Assembly: GCA_004322205.1 (NCBI GenBank)
Contig: SCSN01000007.1
Coordinates: 1-58,823, forward strand
Reading direction: 5' to 3'
Origin: Patescibacteria group bacterium
Lineage (GTDB): Bacteria; Patescibacteriota; Minisyncoccia; Phycocordibacterales; Zambryskibacteraceae
DNA length: 58,823 nt
Made by a program: the position numbers and the translations under genes. The notes under the pieces were generated by a model. The model was not told where the DNA came from. It saw only the letters and a list, made by a program, of their open reading frames with translations, and searched no databases. This document shows positions 27,190-36,524 of the stretch, in pieces. Every line of letters begins with the position of its first letter. Within the stretch, counting starts at the first letter, position 1.

Positions 27190-27235
27190 ATTGATGTTTG
27201 CAAAACCCAAAGCCAAAGACACGAAGCTTAAAGTC

Positions 27236-28075
27236 CTAGCGTTTTCTTACCGCGCGGCGTTTGATTATGAACTTGTTGGAGTATTTTTTCGCTCGGCGAG
27301 ACTTTTGCCCTTTGCCGGTGGGTTTGCCGAAGACGCTAATCGCCCGGCGGCGCCCTCGCCCAGCTCTGCCTTCTCCTCCTCCATGAGGATGATCCACCGG
27401 ATTCATGGCCGTCCCGCGCACCGTCGGGCGAATGCCGAGCCAGCGGCTGCGCCCCGCTTTGCCGAGGCGCATCAGGCGATTTTCTTCATTGGAAACTTCT
27501 CCCACCGTCGCCCAGCAATTTTCAGAAACCATCCTCACTTCAGTTGAAGGCATTTTGAGATGAGCATAGCCTCCGTCTTTGGCAACAACTTCGATATAAT
27601 TGCCGCCGGAGCGCCCGAGTCTGGCACCCCCGCCCGGTTTCAGTTCAGTGTTATAAACAAACGTCCCGACGGGAATATTTTTAAGCGGCAGACGATTGCC
27701 AGAAGCAAGCGGGGCAGTTTCTGAAACAAGATAGGTGTCGCCAACCTTTGCGCTCTTGGGAAGCAATACGTAACGCCGCGACCCGTCTTTATAAACGGCA
27801 AGACCGACAAAGCCGCTGCGATTTGGATCATATTCAATTGTCCGCACAGTAAACGGAATGTCGCGTTTATCGTATACAAAATCAACAAGTCGGTAGAGAC
27901 GCTTGTGTCCGCCCCCTTTGTGGCGCACGGTAATTCTTCCTAAGCGGTTGCGGCCAACGGCGCGCTTTCTGCCGAAAGTTAGATGCTTCACCGGCTCGCC
28001 TGCCGTCACAGCGGCGCCGTAGGAGAGGGAAGTCATCTGGCGTCGTGATGGAGTTGTTGGTTTATACTGTTTCAT
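27236..28075 (-). CDS. rplB: 50S ribosomal protein L2
   Basis: 279-aa ORF, typical L2 (..MNPVDHPHGGGEGR..). Confidence 0.96.
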   Translation of the reverse strand: MKQYKPTTPSRRQMTSLSYGAAVTAGEPVKHLTFGRKRAVGRNRLGRITVRHKGGGHKRLYRLVDFVYDKRDIPFTVRTIEYDPNRSGFVGLAVYKDGSRRYVLLPKSAKVGDTYLVSETAPLASGNRLPLKNIPVGTFVYNTELKPGGGARLGRSGGNYIEVVAKDGGYAHLKMPSTEVRMVSENCWATVGEVSNEENRLMRLGKAGRSRWLGIRPTVRGTAMNPVDHPHGGGEGRAGRGRRRAISVFGKPTGKGQKSRRAKKYSNKFIIKRRAVRKR

Positions 28076-28121
28076 GTTAGAGATTGTTAGTGAGCGAACG
28101 CGAGCTTACAAGACTCTTACA

Positions 28122-28249
28122 CCCCTCACTTACTTTTCCTCTTAAAATAAGCGATTTTTTGTCTGCAAGACAAAAAATCATTTTCAACTCTTGCGTATAA
28201 CCCAAACTAACATTTTTGTAAATCATTGTTCTGAAAAGTAAGTGGGGGG
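28122..28249. repeat. Family-A intergenic hairpin element (copy A3) between rplW and rplB
   Basis: Terminal inverted repeat cccctcacttacttttc / gaaaagtaagtgggggg (one G:T). Internal hairpin gattttttgtct-gca-agacaaaaaatc. Confidence 0.85.
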
Positions 28250-28277
28250 TTGAGTAATTTATATTCACTTCGCTACG

Positions 28278-28640
28278 TTAAATTACTTCAATCTTCTCTC
28301 CCGCTTTCAAATAGACATACGCCTTCTTGCCGCCGGCCTTCATGCCGCGTCTGCGCCTGCTAAAAATTTTCTTGCGGGGAACATAAGTTACGGCGACTTT
28401 GCGCGGCTTGACCTTGTAGACAAACTCAACCGCTTGGCAGATATCGCGCTTCGTTGCTTCGGGAGAAACTTCAAAAACATAGACATTATCGGCCGTTTTG
28501 TCGGTCGCCTTCTCCGTCACTCGCGGGCGAATGAGAATGTGATCGAGAGCGCGAGAGGGAGTAACGCTTGATTCAGCGCGCTCCGGCGCTTTCTCCTCTT
28601 TCTTCTTTTCTTCCCTCTTCTTTTTACCAAAAAGAGCCAT
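28278..28640 (-). CDS. rplW: 50S ribosomal protein L23 with N-terminal Lys/Glu-rich extension
   Basis: 120-aa ORF, L23 core ILIRPRVTEKA.. Confidence 0.93.
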   Translation of the reverse strand: MALFGKKKREEKKKEEKAPERAESSVTPSRALDHILIRPRVTEKATDKTADNVYVFEVSPEATKRDICQAVEFVYKVKPRKVAVTYVPRKKIFSRRRRGMKAGGKKAYVYLKAGEKIEVI

Positions 28641-28652
28641 GGTTCTATGGTT

Positions 28653-29417
28653 CTAAAGAGCCGCCGCGCGCGCTCTCCTCCGGCGCTCTACGCTGCGCTT
28701 CGGCTTCTTTTGTATAACCGCCGGCTCGGCTTTATCGACCGGTGTCTCAATCTTTGCTCCTTTCCTCACGGCAAGAAGAGAAAAAGAGTTCGCCGGATCA
28801 ACTACGACAATCCCCTTGTACTTGAGGAGAGTAAGCGGGCTGACATTGCGAATCTCTTCGACTTCGATGTTGCCAAAGTTGCGAAAGCCACGCTCAACTG
28901 CATCGCTCCTCTGCGGCAGAGTGAGAAGAAAGGCATTTTTCTTTCGGTTGGCAATTTCCTTGAACTCGGCAATTTTTCCGAGAGCACTGACAGCTTTCTT
29001 CGCCTCTTTCGTTTTGGGTGCCGGCAGATCAAGTTTGTCGAGGAAAATTATCTCTGCGTCGCGCCGCTTGGCGGAGAGGATAGTGAACAGTGCTTTGGTT
29101 TTCATCTTGCGGTTGACTTTGCGCTCGTAGCTCTTCTCTTTGCGCGGACCGTGCGTCACCCCGCCGCCAACCCAAATGGGCGAGCGGATGGAGCCGTGCC
29201 GCGCTCTGCCGGTTCCCTTCTGCCGCCAGGGTTTTCTGCCGCCGCCGCGGACTTCGCCGCGGGTTTTGCTGTGGGCGGTGCCTCGGCGCGCTGAAAGCGC
29301 CATCGAGCGAGCAACTTGATGCACTAGGTCGGCGTTCCATTTCACACCGAAAATATTTTCAGGCAGTTTAACCTTACCCGCCTTCTCTCCCTTTTGATTA
29401 TAGACAACTGCTTCCAT
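28653..29417 (-). CDS. rplD: 50S ribosomal protein L4 with C-terminal extension
   Basis: 254-aa ORF, GGGRKPWRQKGTGRAR motif. Confidence 0.95.
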   Translation of the reverse strand: MEAVVYNQKGEKAGKVKLPENIFGVKWNADLVHQVARSMALSARRGTAHSKTRGEVRGGGRKPWRQKGTGRARHGSIRSPIWVGGGVTHGPRKEKSYERKVNRKMKTKALFTILSAKRRDAEIIFLDKLDLPAPKTKEAKKAVSALGKIAEFKEIANRKKNAFLLTLPQRSDAVERGFRNFGNIEVEEIRNVSPLTLLKYKGIVVVDPANSFSLLAVRKGAKIETPVDKAEPAVIQKKPKRSVERRRRARAAAL

Positions 29418-29453
29418 AATTTAAATTCGAAATCCGAATATCGAAACTCGAAA

Positions 29454-30092
29454 CTAAGAGTTTTTTTGCGTTTCGCGCTTCGTGCTTCGGATTTCAACAA
29501 GCGTTCCCTTTCGACCCGGCACCGCACCCCCCACCAAAAGAAGATTTTGCTCGGGATCAACCTGTACCACGGTAAGGTTCTTGACTGTTACCCGCTCTCC
29601 ACCCATCCTGCCCGCCATCCGCATCCCTTTGGGAACTCTTGTCCGGAGCCCCCCGCCGATTGAACCGGGCTCGCGTTCCGAGTGCTTCTGACCGTGGGTG
29701 CGCGAGCCGCCGGCAAAGCCGTGCCGTCTTACCACCCCCTGAAATCCTTTTCCTTTCGAAATGGCAGAAACCGCCACGGTATCACCTGGCGAAAATATTG
29801 AGACGTCAATCTTATCGCCAACGTTCAGCTCCATTGGTTCGCCCCGGGAAGAAAACTCCTTGACCTGCGCAAAGTTTCCCAACCCTTTAAAGTGACCGCG
29901 CTCCGGCTTAGGAATCCTCTTTTCCTTACGCACCCCAAAGCCAAGCTGGACGGCAATGTAGCCGTCGCGCTCCTTGGTCTTAACCTGCGTTACCACCGAA
30001 GGGTTTGCAGAAAGAACGGTTACGGGAATCACTTTGCCTTCATCGCTGAAGACCTGGGTCATCTTTTGTTTTTTCGCCAGTAGAAACTTCAT
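29454..30092 (-). CDS. rplC: 50S ribosomal protein L3
   Basis: 212-aa ORF, typical L3. Confidence 0.95.
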   Translation of the reverse strand: MKFLLAKKQKMTQVFSDEGKVIPVTVLSANPSVVTQVKTKERDGYIAVQLGFGVRKEKRIPKPERGHFKGLGNFAQVKEFSSRGEPMELNVGDKIDVSIFSPGDTVAVSAISKGKGFQGVVRRHGFAGGSRTHGQKHSEREPGSIGGGLRTRVPKGMRMAGRMGGERVTVKNLTVVQVDPEQNLLLVGGAVPGRKGTLVEIRSTKRETQKNS

Positions 30093-30123
30093 AGATTTTC
30101 TTGAGCGGAGCGATTAGAAAATC

Positions 30124-30228
30124 GTGACCCAGCACTTACTCTTCCGAGGCGCACACTACTATATCTTTATGTTCATTCCAATCTCTGTAGTCCTGTGCGA
30201 GTGAAAATCTTCGTAAGCGCTGGGTGAC
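30124..30228. repeat. Family-B intergenic hairpin element (copy B1) between rpsJ and rplC
   Basis: Terminal inverted repeat gtgacccagcacttac / gtaagcgctgggtgac (14/16). Flanks tagaaaatcg and a(t/c)atagtctcc..ggatcctt are shared with copy B2. Confidence 0.75.
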
Positions 30229-30270
30229 TTAAAACATAGTCTCCGCCAGCTGGCGGATCCTTGTTTTAAT

Positions 30271-30636
30271 TCACATCAATTTCACGTCAATATTCACTCC
30301 CGACGGCAAATTGAGATTAGTGAGTGATTCCACGAGCTTCGGTGTGGGATTTATAATATCGATGAGCCGCTTGTGGATCCTCATTTCAAACTGCTCTCGC
30401 GCGTTTTTGTAGATGAATGAGGAGCGGTTGACCGTATATTTCTTTATCTCTGTCGGAAGCGGTATGGGGCCTTGAACCTGCGCATCGTAGCGCAGAGCGG
30501 TGTCAATAATCTGCTTCACCGAAAGATCAAGAATTTTGTACTCGTAGGCACAAACTCGAATGCGCAGTTTTGAGATCGGTTGCTCTTTCTGCGCGCCCCG
30601 TTTCCGGGGGGCTTTTTTCGTACTCTCTTTTGCCAT
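30271..30636 (-). CDS. rpsJ: 30S ribosomal protein S10 with N-terminal extension
   Basis: 121-aa ORF, S10 core [14 protein letters not shown].. Confidence 0.95.
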   Translation of the reverse strand: MAKESTKKAPRKRGAQKEQPISKLRIRVCAYEYKILDLSVKQIIDTALRYDAQVQGPIPLPTEIKKYTVNRSSFIYKNAREQFEMRIHKRLIDIINPTPKLVESLTNLNLPSGVNIDVKLM

Positions 30637-30724
30637 AATGTCTCAACAAACAACTCACAACCTACGACCTAAAAAACGCGCTCTGTTTTCAGTTGTTGGT
30701 TATTGACCGTTGGTTGCTAATCAA

Positions 30725-31933
30725 CTACGCGATGACCTTGGTAACAACACCTGCTCCAACAGTTTTTCCTCCTTCTCGGATAGCGAAACGCTGCTGCGCC
30801 TCGAGCGCCACCGGCGCCACCAGCTTGACTTTGACGGAGACGGTATCGCCGGGCATGACCATTTCCACTTTTTCGGGCAACGTTACATCACCGGTCACAT
30901 CGGTAGTGCGAATGTAGAACTGCGGCTTGTAGCCGGTGAAGAACGGCGTGTGCCGCCCGCCTTCCTCCTTTTTAAGAACATAGACCTCCGCCTCAAACTC
31001 AGCGTGCGGGGTAACGGAACCGGGTTTGGCAATGACCTGACCGCGAGTGACATCTTCTTTTTTGAGACCTCGTAGAAGCACGCCGGCATTGTCTCCGGCA
31101 ATACCCTCATCGAGGGATTTGTTGAACATCTCAATGCCGGTGACTGTTGTTTTTTGGGTCGGATGGAGGCCGACAACCTCTACTTCTTCGCCGACCTTAA
31201 CCTTGCCTCGCTCGATGCGCCCGGTAACCACCGTGCCGCGACCCTCGATCGAGAAGATGTCCTCAACCGGCATAAGAAAGGGCTTGTCCACTTCCCGAAC
31301 CGGAAGAGGGATATAGGAGTCGAGTGTCTCAACAAGCTCCATGGCTTTCTTGGCCCACTCGTCATCGAGAGACCTTGATTCAAGCGCCTTGAGACCCGAG
31401 CCGCGGATGATCGGCGCGGCAGCTCCGTCGTAGGAGTATTTATTGAGAAGTTCGCGGATTTCTTCTTCAACCAAATCAATGAGTTCCTTGTCAGGAACCG
31501 TATCGCACTTATTGAGGAAGACGACGATTTTGGGCACCCCAACTTGGCGGGCGAGAAGAATGTGTTCGCGGGTTTGGGGCATCACGCCGTCGGTGGCGGC
31601 GACCACCAAGACCGCCCCGTCCATCTGGGCCGCGCCGGTAATCATGTTTTTGATGTAATCAGCGTGCCCCGGTGCGTCGATGTGGGCGTAGTGGCGGTTG
31701 GGCGTCCAATACTCGGAGTGATGAAGGGCAATGGTAATGCCGCGCGCCTTCTCCTCGGGCGCATTGTCAATTTTCTCCACCCCCTCAACGCGTGCGCCGT
31801 ATCCTTTGTCCTTACTCATATCAAGAACGTGGAGAACGGCGGCAGTCAGAGTGGTCTTGCCGTGGTCAACGTGACCGATGGTGCCGACGTTAATGTGCGG
31901 CTTGGTGCGGTCGAACTTTGCAGATTCTGCCAT
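30725..31933 (-). CDS. tuf: Elongation factor Tu
   Basis: 402 aa, [18 protein letters not shown]. Confidence 0.98.
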   Translation of the reverse strand: MAESAKFDRTKPHINVGTIGHVDHGKTTLTAAVLHVLDMSKDKGYGARVEGVEKIDNAPEEKARGITIALHHSEYWTPNRHYAHIDAPGHADYIKNMITGAAQMDGAVLVVAATDGVMPQTREHILLARQVGVPKIVVFLNKCDTVPDKELIDLVEEEIRELLNKYSYDGAAAPIIRGSGLKALESRSLDDEWAKKAMELVETLDSYIPLPVREVDKPFLMPVEDIFSIEGRGTVVTGRIERGKVKVGEEVEVVGLHPTQKTTVTGIEMFNKSLDEGIAGDNAGVLLRGLKKEDVTRGQVIAKPGSVTPHAEFEAEVYVLKKEEGGRHTPFFTGYKPQFYIRTTDVTGDVTLPEKVEMVMPGDTVSVKVKLVAPVALEAQQRFAIREGGKTVGAGVVTKVIA

Positions 31934-32301
31934 GGTTAGTGGATCTTACTTTCGAAAATTCATCGCACGAGAGAGTGGTGAATTTCCAAAACTAAGTAAA
32001 TGAACTATTGATAATGTTGTTTACTATTAACAAACAAGCCACCCCATCATGCAAAGGGATGGACGCGAAAAATGCGTGGGGAATATCATAGCAAAGCAAA
32101 AAGAATAGTCAAATCGGTATTAGTCACGCCACGGCGGGGTTGTCACCGCGTCAAACTCTCCAGTTTCTATAAAAACGAAAACCCCAACGAAACATTCGCA
32201 TGAATACCCCTTGCTTGTAAACTGTCACAACTAACTCATTTAATATGTAATATCCGATCATAGCACTTCTCAAATTCATTGCGACCGCGTATAATTTGTG
32301 T

Positions 32302-32862
32302 ATGGGTGAGATTGAGAGAAAATCAGCGAGAAAACTAAAATACAAAAACATTCAGAATGCCGTTTTGGCAGTCGTAGCGACAGGTGTGTTTCTAAGTGCC
32401 GCCATTTTGGCTCCAAATGCTTTGCAAGTTTTTTCAAAACTCGGAATTACCGGAAAAAGAAAACGGGAAGGTGTAAGCCGAGCTCGCGACAGACTACTTG
32501 AAAAAGGAATGTTGAAGAAAGATGAAAAAGGATATTTGCAAATAACAAACAAAGGGCGCATCAAGCTTGGAATGAGACACGAGCTAGTGAGAAAGCCAAT
32601 GCGCTGGGACAAAAGGTGGAGAGTTCTTATATTTGATATCCCAGAAAAAAGAAAGGAGGTTAGGAATAAAATACGACAGATGTTAATTTCGGCTGGATTT
32701 CTTAGATTACAGGATAGCGTGTGGGTTTACCCGCATAATTGTGAAGACTTTGTGGCTCTTCTAAAAGCAGATCTGCACATTGGCAAAGATCTGTTGTATC
32801 TGCTTGTTGACTCAATAGAAAACGATAAGTATTTAAAAGAAGAGTTTGATTTGAAAAAATAG
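32302..32862 (+). CDS. PaaX-like / Cas2-fold (ferredoxin-like) putative regulator
   Basis: 186-aa protein. The C-terminal WDKRWRVLIFDIPEKRKEVRNKIRQMLISAGFLRLQDSVWVYP matches the PaaX C-domain/Cas2-like pattern. TATAAT (32290-32295) is 6 nt before the ATG. Confidence 0.65.
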   Translation: MGEIERKSARKLKYKNIQNAVLAVVATGVFLSAAILAPNALQVFSKLGITGKRKREGVSRARDRLLEKGMLKKDEKGYLQITNKGRIKLGMRHELVRKPMRWDKRWRVLIFDIPEKRKEVRNKIRQMLISAGFLRLQDSVWVYPHNCEDFVALLKADLHIGKDLLYLLVDSIENDKYLKEEFDLKK

Positions 32863-32903
32863 CTATCTGAATATTAACGTTTTAATAATCAATCAACTAT
32901 CTA

Positions 32904-32937
32904 CCACAATAATTGCGCCATGGCGCAATTATTGTGG
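32904..32937. terminator. 34-bp perfect palindrome, bidirectional terminator between convergent genes
   Basis: ccacaataattgcgcc-at-ggcgcaattattgtgg. Confidence 0.75.
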
Positions 32938-32959
32938 TAAAGTTTTCCCAACTTACCAA

Positions 32960-35128
32960 CTACTTTCTCGCTTCTATTATTTCTTGTGCAACATTTTCCG
33001 GGACCACCGCATAGTGATCAAATTCAATATTAGCAACGCCGCGGCCCTCCGTCATGGAACGCAGAGTGGTAATGTAACCGAAAAGCTCCGCCAGAGGAAC
33101 CTGCGCTCGTATGACCTTCATCTCACCGCGCTCTTCCATTCCCTCAACCTGGCCGCGCTTGGCAGAGAGGTTGCCCGTCACATCACCCATGAACTTCTCG
33201 GGCATAACTACTTCTACTTTCATAATCGGCTCGAGCAAAACCGGCTTGGCACGCTTAGCGGCGTCTTGAAATGCTTGTGAGCCGGCGATTTTGTAGGCGA
33301 TTTCCGAAGAGTCAACTTCATGGTATGAACCGAAAAGGAGCTCCGCGGAAATGTCGGTCATTTTGTAGCCGGCAATCACCCCGCGCTCCATTGCTTCTCT
33401 AATCCCCTTCTCAACTGCCGGAATAAACTCCTGCGGGATAACGCCGCCTTTAATTGAGTTAATAAATTCAAATCCCTCATAGACAGAAACATTCTTGGGG
33501 ATTTTGGCCTGCGGGTCGCGCTTCTCCAGAGGTTTGATGTTGATTTTGACATGTCCGTACTGCCCGTGGCCGCCTGTCTGGCGAATATATTTGGCTTCCG
33601 CTTCAGCCGGGGCAGTAATTGTCTCTTTATAGGCAACTTGGGGCTTGCCGACATTTGCTTCAACGCTAAATTCACGCTTCATCCGATCAACAATGATTTC
33701 CAAGTGAAGCTCGCCCATACCCATGATGACTGTCTCACCTGTTTCCTGATCACTTTTGATTTTAAAAGTCGGGTCTTCATCGGAGAGACGTTTGAGCGCC
33801 AAGCCCATTTTCTCCTGGTCGGCTTTGGTTTTGGGCTCAATGCGAAGTGAGATGACCGGCTCGGGAAAGGCAATAGCTTCAAGCACTATGGGATTCTCTT
33901 CGTCGCAGAAGGTGTGCGAAGTCTTTGCGCTCTTAAGCCCAACCGCCGCGGCGATTTCTCCGGCAAAAACTTTTTTCACCTCTTCGCGGCGGTTCGCCTG
34001 CAGGCGGACAATGCGTCCCAGGCGCTCTTTTTCCCCGGTGGTGGAATTATAGATATAACTTCCCGCCTCCACCGTCCCCGAATAGACACGGAAGAAAGTG
34101 AGTTGCCCGACAAAGGGATCAGCTTGAAGTTTGAAGGCTAGAGCTGAAAACGGCTCGTCGTCGGAAGCGTGGCGAAAGATTTCTTCGCCCGTTCGCGGGT
34201 CAATACCTCTAATTGGCGGAACATCGAGAGGGGAAGGCAGATAGTCAGCCACCGCATCAAGGATAAGTTGTACTCCTTTATTTTTAAGAGCAGAACCGGC
34301 AAGCACCGGAAAAATTTTGTTTTCAATGGTGGCGTTCCTTAGAGCTCGCTTAAGGTCCGCTAGAGCAATTTCTTTTCCTTCGAGATATTGGTGTGTTAGT
34401 GTCTCGTCGGTTTCAGCGATTTTTTCGACGAGATCGTGGTGATAACGCCGCGCCTCCGCCTTGAGATTGTCAGGAATTTCTTTCTCAACAACTTCCTCAC
34501 CGAGCTTGCCTTCAAAGTGATACATTTTCATTCGCAGAAGATCAATCACTCCCTCGTGTTTTTCTTCCTCGCCGACGGGTAGCTGCAAACGCAGAGCGTT
34601 TTTCGAGAGGCGGGCAAGGATTGACTTGAAAGAGCGCTCGAAGGAGGCACCGGTGCGGTCAAGCTTATTTATGAAGCAGATTCGCGGTACTCGCGCCTCT
34701 TCAGCGTATCGCCAATTGGTCTCTGACTGCGGCTCCACGCCGGCAACACCGTCGAAAACAACAACTGCGCCATCGAGTACGCGAAGAGAGCGTTTCACTT
34801 CAACCGTAAAATCAATGTGTCCCGGAGTATCAATAATGTTAAAACGGTATTTATTTTCCTTGCCCGACGCAGTCTTGGCGAAGTCGGGTCCTCTTTGTAA
34901 GTAAGTTGGCGCCCAAAAGCAAGTAATTGCGGCGGCAGTAATGGTAATGCCGCGCTCACGCTCCTGCTCCATCCAGTCGGTGGTGGTATCACCCTCGTGG
35001 ACCTCGCCTATCTTGTGCTGGGCGCCGGTGTAATACAAAACGCGCTCGGATGTCGTTGTTTTCCCGGCGTCAATGTGGGCGATGATACCAAAGTTCCTGA
35101 CACGCTCGAGTGGATAGTCGCGTTCCAT
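32960..35128 (-). CDS. fusA: Elongation factor G
   Basis: [25 protein letters not shown].. from the ATG at 35128. The track ORF extends spuriously to 35296. Confidence 0.97.
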   Translation of the reverse strand: MERDYPLERVRNFGIIAHIDAGKTTTSERVLYYTGAQHKIGEVHEGDTTTDWMEQERERGITITAAAITCFWAPTYLQRGPDFAKTASGKENKYRFNIIDTPGHIDFTVEVKRSLRVLDGAVVVFDGVAGVEPQSETNWRYAEEARVPRICFINKLDRTGASFERSFKSILARLSKNALRLQLPVGEEEKHEGVIDLLRMKMYHFEGKLGEEVVEKEIPDNLKAEARRYHHDLVEKIAETDETLTHQYLEGKEIALADLKRALRNATIENKIFPVLAGSALKNKGVQLILDAVADYLPSPLDVPPIRGIDPRTGEEIFRHASDDEPFSALAFKLQADPFVGQLTFFRVYSGTVEAGSYIYNSTTGEKERLGRIVRLQANRREEVKKVFAGEIAAAVGLKSAKTSHTFCDEENPIVLEAIAFPEPVISLRIEPKTKADQEKMGLALKRLSDEDPTFKIKSDQETGETVIMGMGELHLEIIVDRMKREFSVEANVGKPQVAYKETITAPAEAEAKYIRQTGGHGQYGHVKINIKPLEKRDPQAKIPKNVSVYEGFEFINSIKGGVIPQEFIPAVEKGIREAMERGVIAGYKMTDISAELLFGSYHEVDSSEIAYKIAGSQAFQDAAKRAKPVLLEPIMKVEVVMPEKFMGDVTGNLSAKRGQVEGMEERGEMKVIRAQVPLAELFGYITTLRSMTEGRGVANIEFDHYAVVPENVAQEIIEARK

Positions 35129-35173
35129 AAAATTTAAAGTTAAGTAATTTTTGTATTTCCGTCTAAGCGAAGA

Positions 35174-35266
35174 TTGTTTTTGAAAAAGTCTTGCGCGGCC
35201 GCGCCATGGCGGGGCGAGCAGAGCAATCCCGCAGTAGCGGGATATGCGTGCTCTTTTCAAAAATAA
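35174..35266. repeat. Imperfect long inverted repeat in the rpsG-fusA spacer
   Basis: ttgtttttgaaaaagtcttgcgc / gcgtgctcttttcaaaaataa arms enclose GC-rich sub-hairpins (atcccgc-agta-gcgggat). Confidence 0.55.
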
Positions 35267-35276
35267 TCTGAGCGAC

Positions 35277-35747
35277 TCACCATGCGAAGTGGGCAAAGGC
35301 TTTATTGGCTTCCGCCATCTTGTGAGTGTTTTCCCTTTTCTTTACCGCCTCGCCCTCGTTCTTGGCTGCGAGCATAATTTCGTCAGCAAGCTTGGCATGC
35401 ATGGGGGCGCCCTTGCGGCGGCGTGCCGCTTCAACAATCCACTTCATGCCGAGAGCCGAGCGGCGCTCCGGCCGCACCTCGCGCGGAATCTGATAGTTCG
35501 CGCCGCCGACGCGGCGGGAGCGAACTTCCATATTGGGAGAAGTATTTTTGAGCGCCGTGTCGAGAACTTCGAGAGGACTGTCGGTCTTCCCTTTTTCCTT
35601 GATGATCTCGAGAGCGCCGAAAATAATTTTTCTAGCTGTGTTTTTCTTGCCTTCGCGCATTACATAGTTCACGAGCTTTGTCACCTTGGTAGAGTTATAG
35701 ATAGAGTCGGGGAAAATTTCTTTCTTATTCTTGATTTTTCTTCGCAT
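35277..35747 (-). CDS. rpsG: 30S ribosomal protein S7
   Basis: 156-aa ORF, typical S7. Confidence 0.96.
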   Translation of the reverse strand: MRRKIKNKKEIFPDSIYNSTKVTKLVNYVMREGKKNTARKIIFGALEIIKEKGKTDSPLEVLDTALKNTSPNMEVRSRRVGGANYQIPREVRPERRSALGMKWIVEAARRRKGAPMHAKLADEIMLAAKNEGEAVKKRENTHKMAEANKAFAHFAW

Positions 35748-35790
35748 GGCTGATTTTCTTAACGAGCTTGGCGAGTTTTAGAAAATCGCC

Positions 35791-35888
35791 ACCCAGCACT
35801 TACAAAAAGTGAACTAATTAAAGAGGTCCTTATAGATTTTCCAAAATGGTCTGATTGCATAATGTATATATTGATGTAAGTGCTGGGT
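35791..35888. repeat. Family-B intergenic hairpin element (copy B2) between rpsL and rpsG
   Basis: 14-bp perfect terminal inverted repeat acccagcacttaca / tgtaagtgctgggt. Confidence 0.75.
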
Positions 35889-35931
35889 TGTGAAAAATAT
35901 AGTCTCCTGTAGCCGCGGGATCCTTATTTTT

Positions 35932-36342
35932 CTACGACTTTGGTTTCTTTGCACCGTACTGGCTACGCGCCTGTTTACGCCCTTCGACTCCAGTGGCATC
36001 GAGCACTCCGCGGACAATTTGGTAGCGAAGACCGACATCCTTCACTCGACCGCCGCGAACTAGTACCACCGAATGCTCCTGCAGTTGATGCCCAATACCG
36101 GGAACATAGGCAGTAATTTCCATGCCGTTGGTGAGACGAACGCGGGCGATTTTGCGAATGGCAGAGTTTGGCTTCTTGGGAGTTTTAGTCATAACCTTGA
36201 CGCAAACACCTCGCTTGAGAGGAGAACAGTAGTGCGCCGGGCGGTTTTTAAGAACGTTGAAACCGCGAGTCAAAGCCGCCGACTTTGACTTCCGTCGGGT
36301 TTTCTTTCTCTTTCGCTTTACCAATTGATGAATAGTCGGCAT
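35932..36342 (-). CDS. rpsL: 30S ribosomal protein S12
   Basis: 136 aa, [12 protein letters not shown].. PKKPNSA. Confidence 0.97.
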   Translation of the reverse strand: MPTIHQLVKRKRKKTRRKSKSAALTRGFNVLKNRPAHYCSPLKRGVCVKVMTKTPKKPNSAIRKIARVRLTNGMEITAYVPGIGHQLQEHSVVLVRGGRVKDVGLRYQIVRGVLDATGVEGRKQARSQYGAKKPKS

Positions 36343-36524
36343 TTACCCCTTCAAATTTCCTTGATAATTACTTCTCGCTTTTGAATCACAACTACACACT
36401 CCCGCTGATTCTACCAAAAGACAATATCCCTTGGAAAAATTTGCTGGGGTGAAGACAAAAGTGGGACTAATGTAATACAAAAACCTAAAACATGCAACCC
36501 GTACGCCAACTCACGAGCCGGATC

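Noticed and set aside
21527-28249. Possibility that the family A/B repeats represent a degenerate CRISPR array
   Set aside because: Copies are kilobases apart and separated by essential genes. They are 100-130 bp with internal hairpins and terminal inverted repeats. No cas genes or regular repeat-spacer periodicity are present.
35129-35296. N-terminal extensions in the ORF track for fusA, rplF, rplN, rpsS, pgk, rpmB, rpmI, rpsZ, SOD and HIT
   Set aside because: Conserved protein N-termini begin at internal ATG/GTG codons. The extensions read through spacers, repeat elements or upstream genes.
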